Below are positions 13,540 to 26,027 of a stretch of 64,000 nt of DNA, in pieces. Position numbers and translations under genes: made by a program. Origin of the DNA: the human T2T-CHM13v2.0 reference genome, Homo sapiens; assembly GCF_009914755.1 (NCBI RefSeq), contig NC_060931.1. One strand, written 5' to 3'. Under the pieces are notes generated by a model. It did not search any database and was not told the DNA's origin. It worked only from the letters and a program-made list of their open reading frames with translations. Positions within the stretch are counted from its first letter, which is position 1, and the number at the start of each line of letters is the position of its first letter.

Positions 13540-14457
13540 CTGAGATGTTAGTTTATTATACTCTAAGTTCTATTGAGGAAACTGCAGTGTGAATTTCTAC
13601 AACTGCACATTGCACATTCACATATCACCATAGACAATTACATTTTGGGGGAAGAAATTACATGTGAATGAGCATTTTGGAGAAATATGATGGTGAAAGG
13701 AGTATTTTAGAAGACGAGATTTTACCTAAATTTTCAATAAGTGTTCTAAACTAGATATCACATTTTTTATTAGACAATATTTTGAAAAGACCCACCTGCT
13801 GAAAAGAAAGAACAAACATGGTTACTGTTATAATTATTGATTCAGAGGGGATGTTATGTATGTAGGAAAATCACAGGCAATTCATTAAAAAACTCTTTTG
13901 GTAGCTTCTATCACCAGCAAAGAAAATAGTTTAATTTCATTTTACTGTAGTTCAAAATCCTCCCCAGGGTGTAATTCTGATTTTTTGTCACAGGAGCCAA
14001 TTGTGTTATTAGAATAAGAAAATGGTGTATTTTAAAAAAATCAGCTACGTTGGCTTTTTATTCTGATGATAGGAAATTATGTGTGTGTGTGTATGTTTCA
14101 CACATGATGGAAAAAAATGAGTAAGACATAAATCTTCAGAATTAAAGCCCGGAAGCAAAGTGTATGTTCCAGTGAAGACTTTAAGTGACAGCGTGACGAA
14201 CTTTTGATCAGTGTTTCTTATCATGGAGTAATTTCTTGATCAATTAACAATCAATTAGAATTTCAGACATGGCTTAGATGGCATGATCCTATTTCAAAAA
14301 TGTAATGAGCCAAAAAAAATGGGTTGGCAGATTCCAAAATCTATGAATATACTGATTTAAGAACAGGAAAAACATTCAAATGTCATATTTTTGTTAGTAC
14401 ATTGGACCCGTAGGGTATGGGAAAAATAATATACTGGGATATTTGCAGTCATTCCAA

Positions 14458-14645
14458 ATATATATATTATATTATATATTAATATACATTATATTATTAT
14501 ATATTTATATATTATATATAATATATTAATATATTATATTATATATTTATATTATATACAATACATATTATATATTGTAGTATAGTATATATTATATGAT
14601 ATATTAATATATAGTATATATTAATTAATATGTTATATATATATA
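14458..14645. repeat. (TA)-rich low-complexity tract
   Basis: About 190 bp of nearly pure A/T with degenerate TATAT/TATTA units. Confidence 0.9.
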
Positions 14646-14799
14646 ATCCAAGTTAAAGCAATAGAACAAAACACAGTATGTGGTACCTGCAGTGCTCACT
14701 GCAATTGAACATTCAGTATTAACTCTTAATTCCCTTGAAATAAAACCAAAATGGGTCATATATAGAGATATATAGTTCTTAAGCTGCCTGAGACAAAAT

Positions 14800-15000
14800 T
14801 CCGAATTATCCACTTATTAGTTATTTGCAAATTATTGACTTTATTCTTGGCTAAACTTTATCCATGAAAAGAGAAAAGAATATTACCTTAATCATGAGGA
14901 TATTGTAAGAATTGCAGGTAATACTATATGTAAGACCCTTAACACTGATGTGCACAGACAAAATGCTTAATATTAATGAATATTAGCAGTTAATAATGTT
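14800..15000 (+). mobile_element. MIR SINE, degraded
   Basis: CCACTTATTAGTTAT...GATATTGTAAGAATT...ATATGTAAGACCCTTAACAC...AATGCTTAATA. Confidence 0.6.
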
Positions 15001-16089
15001 ATTAATATTAGTATTATGGTAAATAAAATTATGGTAATTTATGTGAGGGGATTCCTTCTTCCTGCTTCTCCTACCCCAGCAACTAAATTTAAATAAAGCA
15101 TTTATGATAAGGGTAAAACGGAAATTAGTTAATATGATTTTTATTTAAGTGTGGTTTTTGAAAAAGACAAATGATTGTATTTTACAAAACTATGTTTCTT
15201 TTATCAACTCTATACAGAAACTGAGACCTTAGTCTTAATGTATAACTTAGAAAAGAGTTTTTCATGACAAAGTGCTGAAACAATATGGTGTGGACACCTG
15301 ATTTCCTGGTAATCTAATTTAATACAGTGGTAAAACTTGGATGTTGGACACATTATGCTGTCCCTTCCAATCACTAGGAGTCTGAAGTAGCTGGTGTTGG
15401 GTTGGACTCACTTCCAAGCTGAATTTTTTTGAATAAAGGGCCAATATTGTTTGATGACTATGGTAAGGTCTGTATGCTTAAATTGTCAGACAATAAACAG
15501 TCAGAGTTGGCATTCTGTTGTGAAGATGTGGAAATCAAAATTGGTTCTTGCTATGATGTTTAATCTACTTTTTCACATCAGTGAGTCTCCAAAATGCCTC
15601 TGGGTATAGCTGACATTTTCCTGCAGAATGAACTTTAAATCTTTTTAATTACTTGCCACATTACACGAATGAGACAATTTTAACCTAAAGAAAATGTAAG
15701 GGCAGATGTTATCAGTTAATCATTCTAACCAAAAAGAAAAAAATATTCCTCTGAGTCCTATGGGCAATGCTCACATTTCAGTAGAAATGTATTCAAGTTG
15801 ACCTGCCAGAATGAGTTGGTTCCTTACAATACCAATAGAAAATCAAATATAGTAATCATTTAGAATGTACAGACCACCAACATGCTTAAGAATGTCCACT
15901 AAATAGCATAATTGCTGCTTTTAGTTGTGTTTTACCAGTGTATATATCATCACACTAGAAAAAGCTGTTGATTGTGGTATTTGTTGTAATCAAACCAAAT
16001 CAATTTAACACATGTACCAATTATTTAAATATAAACTTAAAATTTGAGGGTGCACATTTAGATTATAGTATTAGTTATATATGTATATA

Positions 16090-19000
16090 TTTATTTTTAC
16101 CTAGCCTTATTGACCTATAATTGACAAATGAAAATTGTATATGTTTATAGTGCACAATGTAATGCATGGATATATATATATATATATATTTTGAAATGAT
16201 TACTACGATCAAGCTAATTATTGTATCCATTGCCTCACACAGTTATCAGTTTTTGTGTGTGATAAGATCATTTAAGTTCTACTCTCTTTGTAAATTTCAA
16301 GTATACAATACATTATTAAGTATAGTCACCATGCTATATATTAGATCTCCAGAATTTGTTCATCCTGCCTAACTGGAACTTTCTACCCTTTGACCAACTC
16401 TTCCCACTTCCCCTATGCCCCAGCCCCTGGCATCTGCCGTTCTAAGCGGCAAATGAACTTTTATAAGTTCAACTTGTTTAGATACCACGCATGAATAAGA
16501 TTATGCAGCATTGTCTTACTATGCCTGGCTTATTTCACTTAGCATAATGTCTTACAGGTTCATTCATGTTGTCTCAAATGGCTGAATTTTCTTCTTTTGT
16601 AAGGCTGAATAATACTAAATTCTGTACACATGCACATACACACACATGCATATCATATTTTCTTTATCCATTAATCTATTGATGTGCACTTACGTTGATT
16701 CCATATCTTGTCTTGTGTCAATAATGGTGCAATAAACACTGGGGTGCAGGTATCCCCTTGATATACTGATTTTACTTACTTACTTTAGATGTATCCTCAG
16801 AAGTGGGATTGCTGGATTGTTTTTAATTTGTGAGAAACCTCCATACTCTTTTCCATAATGTGTATACTAATTTACATTTCTACCAACAGTGTACGAGAGT
16901 TCCCTTCTCTCCACATCCTTGCCAACACTTACTTTTTGTCTTTTTGATAAAAAACATCAAAACGAGTGTGAGGTGATATCTCATTGTGGTTTTAATGCAT
17001 ATTTCTCTAATGATTAGTAATGTTAAGCATCTTTTAACATATCTATTGGCCATCTGTATGTATTCTTTTGAGAAACATTTATTCAGGTCCTTTGCTCAGT
17101 TTTTAGTTGGGTTATTTGTTTTCTTGCTATTGGATTGTTTGAGTTCCATATGTATTTTGGTTATTAACTCCTTATCAGATATATGGTTTGCAAATATTTT
17201 TGCTCATTCTGTAGGATGTCTCTTTACTCTATTGATTTGTTACCTTTGCAGTGTGGAAGCTATTCAGTTTGATATAATCCCATTCACCTAGTTTTGCTTT
17301 TATTGCCTTTGTTTTGGGGTTATATTCAAATAATCAGACCAATATCAAGAAGCATTTCCCCTATGTTGTCTTCTAGAATATTTAAAGTTTTAAGTCTTCC
17401 TGTTAAGTTTTTAATCCTTTTTCAGTTGATTTTTGTATATGATGTGATACAAAGGTACAATTTAATTCTTCTGGAAGTGGATATCCAGTTTTCCCAGTAC
17501 CATTTATTAATGAAACTGTCCTATCTCCACCATGTATTTGTGGCATTTTTACTGATGACCAATTGACCATAAAAGTGATGACTTATTTTTAGGCTCTTTA
17601 TTCTGTTTTATTGGCCAGTATGGTGATTTTCTATTTTTTTTATTGCCAATATCATGACATTTTGATTACGGTACCTTTGTAGTGTATTTTAAAATAAGGT
17701 ACTATGATGCCTATGGCTGTGTTCTTTTTTCTTAAGATTTGTTTGGCTGTTTGCTGCCGTTTGTGGTTTTATACTACTTTTAGGAATTTTCTTCTTGTTT
17801 CTGTGAAAAATGCCATTACAATTTTAATAGGGATTTTATTGTTTCTGTAGATTGCTTTGGGTAGTATAAACATTTTTTGTTTGTTTGGGTAGTATAAACT
17901 TTGGGTAGTATAAACAATATTAATTCTTCTAATCAATTAACATGGGTTATCTTTCCATTATTTTGTGTTCTTTAAATTTCTTTTATTATTGTGTTTTAGT
18001 TTTTAGTGTACAGATCTTTCACCTCCTTGATTAAATATATTTCTAAGCATTTTGTTTTATGCTATTATAAATGAAATTGTTTTCATAATTTTTTTAGATA
18101 ATTTACTATTACATGCTACTAATTCATATATGTTGATTTTGTCTTCTGCAAATTGAATTTATTTATTCTCACAGTTTTTTTTGGTGGAAATTTTAAGGTG
18201 TTCTGTATAATCATCTAAAAACAGAAAAAATTTATTTTTTTCTCTTCAAGTGTCTTTTTTTTTCTTGTAGGCACTATCTAGAACTTTCAGTATAGCATTG
18301 CAATAGAAGGAAAGAGCATTCTTATCCTATGTCCTCCATCTTTTCTGGGTATAGTTTTTTTGGTTGCCAGTTTTTTTATTGTAGCACACTGAATTTATCG
18401 TCTCATACTCTCCTGGAGTGCATGGTTACTGTTGAGAAATTCACTGATGGTTCTAACAGAGTTTCTTTCATATGTGATAAGTTGCTTTTCTCATGCTGCT
18501 TTCGAAATTCTCTTTATCTTTGACTTTTGAGAATTTTGTTACCGTATGTCTTGATGATGATCTGTTTATGTTTAATCTATTTTGGGTTTTTTGATCATCA
18601 TGAATCTGGATATTCATTTTCCTCTCCAGATCTGGAGATTTTTCTGTTATTATTTATTCAAATATACTTTTATACTTTTTCTCTTTCTCTGCTCATTCTA
18701 GGAGTTCTATAGTGCATGCATTGATGCATTTAATGATATCTCATAAATACCATAGGCTTTCTTTACTCTTTTTTATCCTTTATTTCTTTTTCATCTCATA
18801 AATCTCTTATTTATTTATATCTCATAAATCCCATTGACTTTCTTTACTCTTTTTTATCCTTTACTCTTTTTATCTTTTATTTCTTTACTCTTTTTTATCC
18901 TTTATTTCTTTTTATTCTTTTGGATAATTTCAAATGACCTGTCTTTGAACTCACTAGTTCTTGCTTCTACTTGATTGAATCTTGCTTCTACTTGACTGAG

Positions 19001-20552
19001 CTATCTGTTGGATTTTTCAGTTTAATTATTGTGTTATTCAGCTCCAGAATTTTTGTTTGGTTCTTTTCTATGGATTCTATCCCTTTCTTAAAACTCTGAT
19101 TTCATTGATACATTGTTTTCTTATTTTTGGTTAGTCGTATGTCTATGTTCTCTTATAGCTCACTGGGCTTCTTTAAGACAATTTTGAATTATTTGCCAGA
19201 CAGTTTGTAGATCTTCATTTCTTTAGGGCCAGTTAATGGTGATTTCTTTTATTCCTATTATGGTATTGTGTTTCTTTGATTATTTGTAATCCTGTGGACT
19301 TGCATTGGTGTCTGTGGTTTTAAAGAAGTGGACACCTCTTCTAGTCTTTGTAAACTGGCTTCACCAGGGAATGTCCTTCATCAGTCAGCCTTTCCAGTTA
19401 TTACGTGCAGTTTATCTGATGGGGTCTGTGTGTGCCAGCCTGGTGTTGGGACAGGGCCTAGAGCCTGAGACTGTGGAAGCTGGCCTGGTGCTAAAGTGGA
19501 ACTGTTATCTGGGTCTATGGAGATGTCCTGAGTTTGTGGGAACCATCTTGTGCTGAGGTCAACTGGGGTAGGTCTGGTTATTGGGACCATAAAGGTGGGT
19601 CTGGAGTCTGGATCTGTGGGGCCAGTCTTGTGAAGATCTCCTGGGGTAGGCCTGAACCCTGGGTCCATGGAGCCTTGGTCCTTGGTAGCTGGCCTGGAAC
19701 CTTGGTCTATAGGGACTGGCCTGAAGCATGGGTCCATGAGGACTAACCTCACACTGGGTCAGGCTTTAAGCCTGATTCGAAGGGGCTTGGCCTGACTCTG
19801 AGATGTACCTGGAAACTGGATCCAAGGAAACAGATCTGTTCCTGAGTCTGTGGGAGTCAGCCTGAAACTGCAGTTTACTAGAGTGGGCCTGGAGTCTGGG
19901 TCTGCCCTGGTAGGCCTGCTACCTGTATCTTTGTGGGCAGGCCTGGTGCCAGGGAACCACAAGGGCAATTCTAGATCCTGGACCCACAGTGGCCAGCCTG
20001 ATGCTGGGACAGGTCTTAAGCTTGAGTGTGTAGGAGTTGGCCTGGGGCTTCAGTCTGCAAGTGCCAGCCTGGAGCCTGAGGCCATGAGGGCTGACCTGGC
20101 ACTGGAGTGTCCTTGGAACCTGGGCTCATGTGATTGAGTCTGGAGACTTGGTCTTTAAGGACTGGCCTGGCACCAAGCTAAGCCTAGATTCTGAGACCAC
20201 GGGGCCTTGCCTAACACTGGGACACTGGGATTTGGTGGGATGGGGCTGGTGTCGAAGTTTGTGGTAACATCAGGTATTCACTTCCCTTTCCTTTCCTCGA
20301 GCAGAACACAACTCTTTTCACACTGTGCTGTTCAGGCTTGTGGGAAGGGTTTCATGAATAATGTGAACTGTCCTTGCTACTTTTTACAATGTGTCTTTTC
20401 TCATATCTGTGCCCCACCACTTGCTATAATTTGTCAGCTAAATTTCTTAGCTTTTGTGAAGGTATTTTTATCCATAGATAGTTGTTCAAATTAATGTTTC
20501 TGTAAGGGAATCAGCACTGCAAAGTCTTATTCTACCATCTTGCAGACATCAC
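16090..20552 (-). mobile_element. L1MA (approx. L1MA9) with both termini and a large internal deletion
   Basis: 3' UTR from ~16090 and ORF2 3' part to ~18325, then an abrupt switch to ORF1-like sequence (TTTTCTGGGTATAGTTTTTTTGGTTGCCAG). GC-rich 5' UTR at ~19400-20550 ends in CCATCTTGCAGACATCAC. Confidence 0.85.
19430..20235. repeat. Degenerate GC-rich tandem repeat in the L1 5' UTR
   Basis: Recurrent GGCCTGGAGYCTGGGTCYRTGGG-like units roughly 27-30 bp apart. Confidence 0.75.
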
Positions 20553-20699
20553 CAGTATCATCATATATGACTTAAAATAAGGATTCAAAGTCATTTTTAA
20601 AATAAACTATTCCTACCAGAGGAGTCAAAGTGTTATAACAGATCAGTGAAGGCTGAGAAATGTGTTATACTTTTTCTAGTTCAGCTCAACTATAAATAG

Positions 20700-20895
20700 T
20701 AGCAAGTATTGGTAAAGAATAGATTCTAGCTCTGGAACCAGACAGAGAAGGAGATGGACATGAGTCTCAGCTTTAATATTTACTTGCTGTGCACTTCGAA
20801 CAAGTTATTCAATGTAGATAAACTTCAGTTTCCTCTAATAATAATATGAGGGATAATAATGTAACAGTGTTTCAAAATGCAATCAGAAATGTTAT
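20700..20895 (+). mobile_element. MIR SINE
   Basis: CTCTGGAACCAGAC...CAAGTTATTCAA...CTTCAGTTTCCTC...GGGATAATAAT. Confidence 0.7.
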
Positions 20896-22554
20896 AATAT
20901 TTCTGAAAGTTCTGTTTGAAGTCTTCTCACTTTGGGAGATGAAAGAAACCAGTTTGAGGTGTTTCATGAGGGTTTTTCATAGAGAATATGAAAAGTGGTT
21001 AAAGTTGTCTTACTTGAATAATATGTGGAACTCACACTTAGTATTAGTTCAGACACTGAAAATGATTTGCCCTAAAATATTTACCAAATCTGAGATTTTT
21101 TTTCACTACTGATACTGAGTCAAATTTAAAGGCTTGAATTTCTAATGATATGTAAACTTTGTTTTCCTATATAGTTAAGTTATAACCTTTCTGAATAGAT
21201 CTTAGGGTAAAAAGCTTTCACTGTAAAAATAAGCCCTAATTTCAGCTATCATAATTTGGGACTAATGCAGAGCTAGCCCTGCTCTGAAGGATTGGATACG
21301 AATGTGTTTTACTCCTTGAATTCTTCATCTTATCCGAGATTCTACCAGTGAATCAGTGACAACTTTGAAATCTAGAGTTTCTGAATGAGTTTAATCCTCT
21401 CCTGTTTCTTAGGCAAAAATAGTTCAAAACATTTTTTTCATAGATCTGAGTATCCTGTATTTATATTATGGATGTGAGATAGGAGCAGGTTTTTAAAATC
21501 TGGCCTACAGGTAATGAAATAATGCGTATGTTATGTACGCAGGCCAATTTAAATAAGCTATTCTTTTTTAACATACAATCTCATATTCATTTCTATATGC
21601 CATTTCATAAAATATGCCTTTTTTATTGACTTCTTTGGGCAGGAATTGTATGTGTAAAACAAATATGGAAATCAAGGACAGCTGTACAATAAATCAAAGT
21701 CACAATGCTGAAAGCAGAAACTTGAGACGCTCCTTTAAAAAAATGACTTGTAAATCAACTCATGGTTGCCTGACATTTCCACTGATTAATGCCGGTGTCC
21801 TTTGAGGCATACTAATAGGATAAACAAGGAAAAATGGAATTTCTTGCCATAAGATGAGGGTCAGTTTGAAGATATTCATGACTCAGTCGCATCACTTAAT
21901 CACAAATAGTTGTAACCTGTAGCAGAAATTAATTCAATGTGAATTTTTTACAATTAAACACAGTAGTCTTTGTATTGCTGCACATAATTAACCTTCATTG
22001 TCTCAAATTTTTCAAAATAAAACATTTCTACTTTTAATTACAAACATCTAATTTTTGTGAGTTATAACAAAATGGAATATTTTCTGAGTAGGCTATAGAG
22101 TAAATTTAGTTCTGAAAGTTCCTGGAATAATGTCATTGAGAAACATAATATAGCATCAGCCATAAAATGTCATGGTTGATGCTCACTGAAAGCCATTCAA
22201 AGGAATTCTGTATTAACTTTTGCAAATGCACACTTTGAATTCATAAATCTTTATGGGAACACATTTTAACAAATGTACTGTGGTTTATATTTAAAAGCAC
22301 TATGTGGTTTATAGTTAAAAGCAATTATGATTCACTCTGTCTGCTGAACTCACTAAAGGGAAGGTCTTCACTGAACACAAGACTCTTAAGAACAGTAAAG
22401 ATTGTTGTTAAAATTCAGAGTATCAGCCTCCTTCCAAACTGGGCCAGGGACCTTCTTTAATAAGACCAGCTTCAGTGAATATATATTAAGAGATATCAGG
22501 AGCTAAAGTAAGTTAATAGAAAAGAAAACATCAAAAGAGTACATTCTAAAGAAT

Positions 22555-22680
22555 TTATGGTATATATACACAATAGAATACTATTCACCCATAGAAAATG
22601 AAATCCTGCTATTTGTAACAACATGGATTATGTTATTATGACAAGTGAAATAAGCCAGACACAGAAAGACAGACACTGCA
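22555..22680 (+). mobile_element. Old L1 (L1M) 3' fragment
   Basis: TATACACAATAGAATACTATTCACCCATAG...AAGTGAAATAAGCCAGACACAGAAAGACA. Confidence 0.85.
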
Positions 22681-24914
22681 TAATCCCCACATGTCCTGGG
22701 AGGCATTCAGTGGAAGGTAACTGAACCATAGAGATGGTTACCCCCATGCTGTTGTTTTCCTGGTAGTGAGTTCTCATGAGATCTGATGGTTTTATAAAGG
22801 GCTTTTCCCTCTTTGCTCAACACTTCTTCCTGCCATCATGTGAAGAAGGATGTGTTTGCTTCCCCTTTCGCCATGATTGTAAGTTTCCTGAGGCCTTCCA
22901 AGCCCTGTGGAACAGTGAGTCAATTAATCATCTTTCCTTTATAAATTACCCAGTCTTGGACATTTCTTTATAGCAGCATGAGAACGGACTAATACAGTAA
23001 ATTGGTATCACAGAAAGTGGGGTGCTGCTGCAAAGATACCCAAAAATGTAGAAGAACTTTGGAACTGGGTAACAGGCAGAGGTTGGAACTGTTTGTGGTG
23101 GGGGCTTACAAGAAGATAAGAAAATATGGGAAAGTTTGGGACTTCCTAGAGACTTGCCAAATCACTTTGACCAAAATGCTGATAGCGACATGGACAATGA
23201 AGTCCAGGTTGAGGTGGTCTCAGATGGAGATGAGGAACTTTTTGGGAACTGGAGTAAAAATGACTCTTGCTATGCAAAGAGACTGGTGACATTTTGCCCC
23301 TTCCCTAGAGATCTGAGGAACTTTGAACTTCAGTTAGATGACTTAGGGTATCTGGCAGAAGAAATTTCTATGTGGCAAAATATTCAAGAAGAAGCAGAGA
23401 ATAAAAGTTTGGAAAATTTACAGCCTGACAGTGCGATAGAAAAGAAAACCCCATTTTCTGGAGAGAAATTCAAGCAGGCTGCAGAAATTTGCATAAGTAA
23501 CAAGGAGCCGAATGTTAATCAGCAAGACAATGGGGAAAATATTTCCAGGTCATGTCAGAGACCTTCACAGTAGCCCCATCCATCACAGGCCGGGTAGCCT
23601 ATGAGGGAAAAATGGTTTCCTGTGCTGGACCTAGGGGCCCCCTGCTCTCTGCAGTTGGGACATGGTGTCCTGTGTCCCAGCTGATTCAGCTCCAGCCAGG
23701 GCTAAAAGGAACAAAGGTACATCTCAGGCCATTGCTTCAGAGGGTGCAAGCCCCAAGCCTTGGCAGCTTCCAGGAGGTGTTGGGCATCTGTGGGTGCACA
23801 GAAGACAAGAATTGATGTTTGGGAACCTCCACCTAGATTTCAGACGATGTATGCAAATGCCTGGATGTCCAGGCAGAAGTCTGCTGCAGGGGCGGAACCC
23901 TCATAGAAAACCTTTACTAGGGCAGTGTGGAGGGGAAATGTGGGGTTAGATCCCACACAGGGTCCCCACTGGGCACTGCCTAGTAGAGCTGTTAGAAAAG
24001 GACCACCATTCTCCAGACCCCAGAATGTTAGATCCACTGACAGCTTGCACCATGTACCTGGAAAATCCACAGACACTCAATGTCAGTCATGAAGGCAGCC
24101 TGGAGGGGGACCATGTCCTGCAAAGCCACAGGGGTGGAGCTTCTCAAGGTGGTGGGAGCCCAACACTTGCATCAGCATGACTTGGATGTGAGACATGGAG
24201 TCCAAGGAGATCATTTTGGAACTTTTAGTTTTAATGATTGCTCTATTGGATTTCAGACTTGCATTGAGCCTGTAGCTCCTTTATTTTGGCCATTTCGTCT
24301 CATTTGGAACTGGTGTATTTACCCAATCCCTGTACCCCCAATGTATCTAGGAAGTAACTCCTTTGCTTTTGATTTCATAGGCTCTTAGGTGGAAGGGACT
24401 TGCCTTGTCTCAGATGAGACTTTGGACTTGGACTTTTGGGTTAATGCTGGAATTAGCTAAGACATTGTGGGAATGTTGGAAAGGGCACAATTATCTTTTG
24501 AAATGTGAGGAGATGAGATTTCAGAGGGACTGGAGGTGGAATGATATGGTTTCGCTCTGTGTCCCCACCCAAATCTCATCTTGAATTGTAGTTCCCATAA
24601 TCCCCAGGTTTCATGGGATGGACCCCATGGGAGGTAATTGAATCATGGAGACGTTACCCCCATGCTATTCCCGTGATAAGTGAGTGAGTTCTCCCGAGAT
24701 CTGATTTTACAAGGGGCTTTTTCCTTTTTGCTTGGCACTTCTCCTTCCTGCCATCATGTGAAGAAGGGTGTTTTTTTTCCTCTTTTCACCATGATTGTAA
24801 GTTTACTGAGGCCTCCCCAGCCAAGCAGAAGTGTGGGTAAGTTAATCCTCTTTCCTTTATAAATTACCCAGTCTCAAGCAGTTCTTTATAGCAGCATCAG
24901 AATGGACTAATACA
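22681..24914 (+). mobile_element. THE1 (likely THE1C) MaLR provirus: truncated 5' LTR 22681-22996, internal 22997-24541, 3' LTR 24542-24914
   Basis: Both LTRs end GGACTAATACA and the 3' LTR starts TGATATGGTTT. The internal region starts GTAAATTGGTA and has the MaLR ORF relic (ADSDMDNEVQVEVVSDGDEEL). Confidence 0.95.
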
Positions 24915-26027
24915 CCTCTGAAAAAAGTTGTGTAAAATAGAATGCTGCTGTATTTATTACAGGAGAAATAGAATGTCAAAGACATGGGACCATTTGTGTC
25001 TTTTGATAAGTTTATTCTTTCTGTACTTCAAAATGTCACAAATAAATGAAATTATAAACAAAAAAGTTTGTAACTTAAAGTCTGAACAAAAGGGTTTTGA
25101 TGGACTAAATAAAGGCCTCTCTTCTCTCATTGTCTGAAATGCTGTCTAGGTAGCTGGACATTATTATGGTTAGTTATCTAACCAAATATACCTCCTTAAA
25201 ACATTCAGGCTTGTTAAAAACATAAATGTTATTGTTATTGCCAGGGATTTAGAAGATATGTTTCTGATCTTGAAAATTTTGATTTTGATTTTCCTTTTTT
25301 TTCCAATTCAAAAAAAGGAAGCAGAAAGTTTGAGATAGTTACTCATATAGTTTCTGGTCCCCTAAACATTGTTGGAGATACCCTATTACTTATCATTTTT
25401 TTTTAGAATCCCTAGAGAGTGATTCTGATGCAAGTATACCCATAAATAGAATATAATCAATTATATCACTGGTGCAGTCCAGTTATTATGATCAATTATT
25501 ATTTATTTCTTGTAATCATTCCTTATTTATTTTAATAGCTTTCTATAACCTTACCTTCATAACTTAAATAACTTAAATTTTGACGTTTGCTTGCAATCAT
25601 CTATTTTCTGGCTATTCCTTAGGGCAGATAATTTTCATAAATAGCTGAATTTATCCTTTGAGGGTTTTAAAATTATGTTAAATTTCCATGTTTATCTGTA
25701 AGTTATGGATTATGTCACTTTACCATATCACTCCTTTCTGCTGACAAGCATTAACATCTATGGGTGATTTTGTAACAACAGCAAACATCGTCATTGTAGT
25801 ATTCTCTGCCTTGGACTTTGTAAAGTTAAGGAAGTGATGTAGTAATATTTACTAGTTGTGTGATTTTGAATGTTAATTATTATTAACATTGGATATTAAT
25901 TTATCCAAACTCAAATTTCTTTCACCAGATTATAGGGAAACTTACAATTGCCTAGTTGATTTTCCATATGAATTAGGGATAATGTGTATTAAATTACCAA
26001 AAATAATGATTGGCATTTGTTACATAT

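Noticed and set aside
13067-13540. 157-aa ORF
   Set aside because: It is the C-terminus of a 5'-truncated L1 ORF2, with no promoter or upstream domains.
19430-20235. Repeat array as a CRISPR-like or coding repeat
   Set aside because: The units are degenerate with no constant repeat/unique spacer structure, and it lies within an L1 5' UTR.
23385-23400. ~39-nt gap in the first THE1 internal region relative to the second
   Set aside because: Probably a subfamily difference between THE1C and THE1A internal sequences rather than a locus-specific event.
23136-23573. 145-aa ORF, and related ORFs at 52891-54364
   Set aside because: These are MaLR/THE1 internal ORF relics broken by stops and frameshifts, or their antisense translations.
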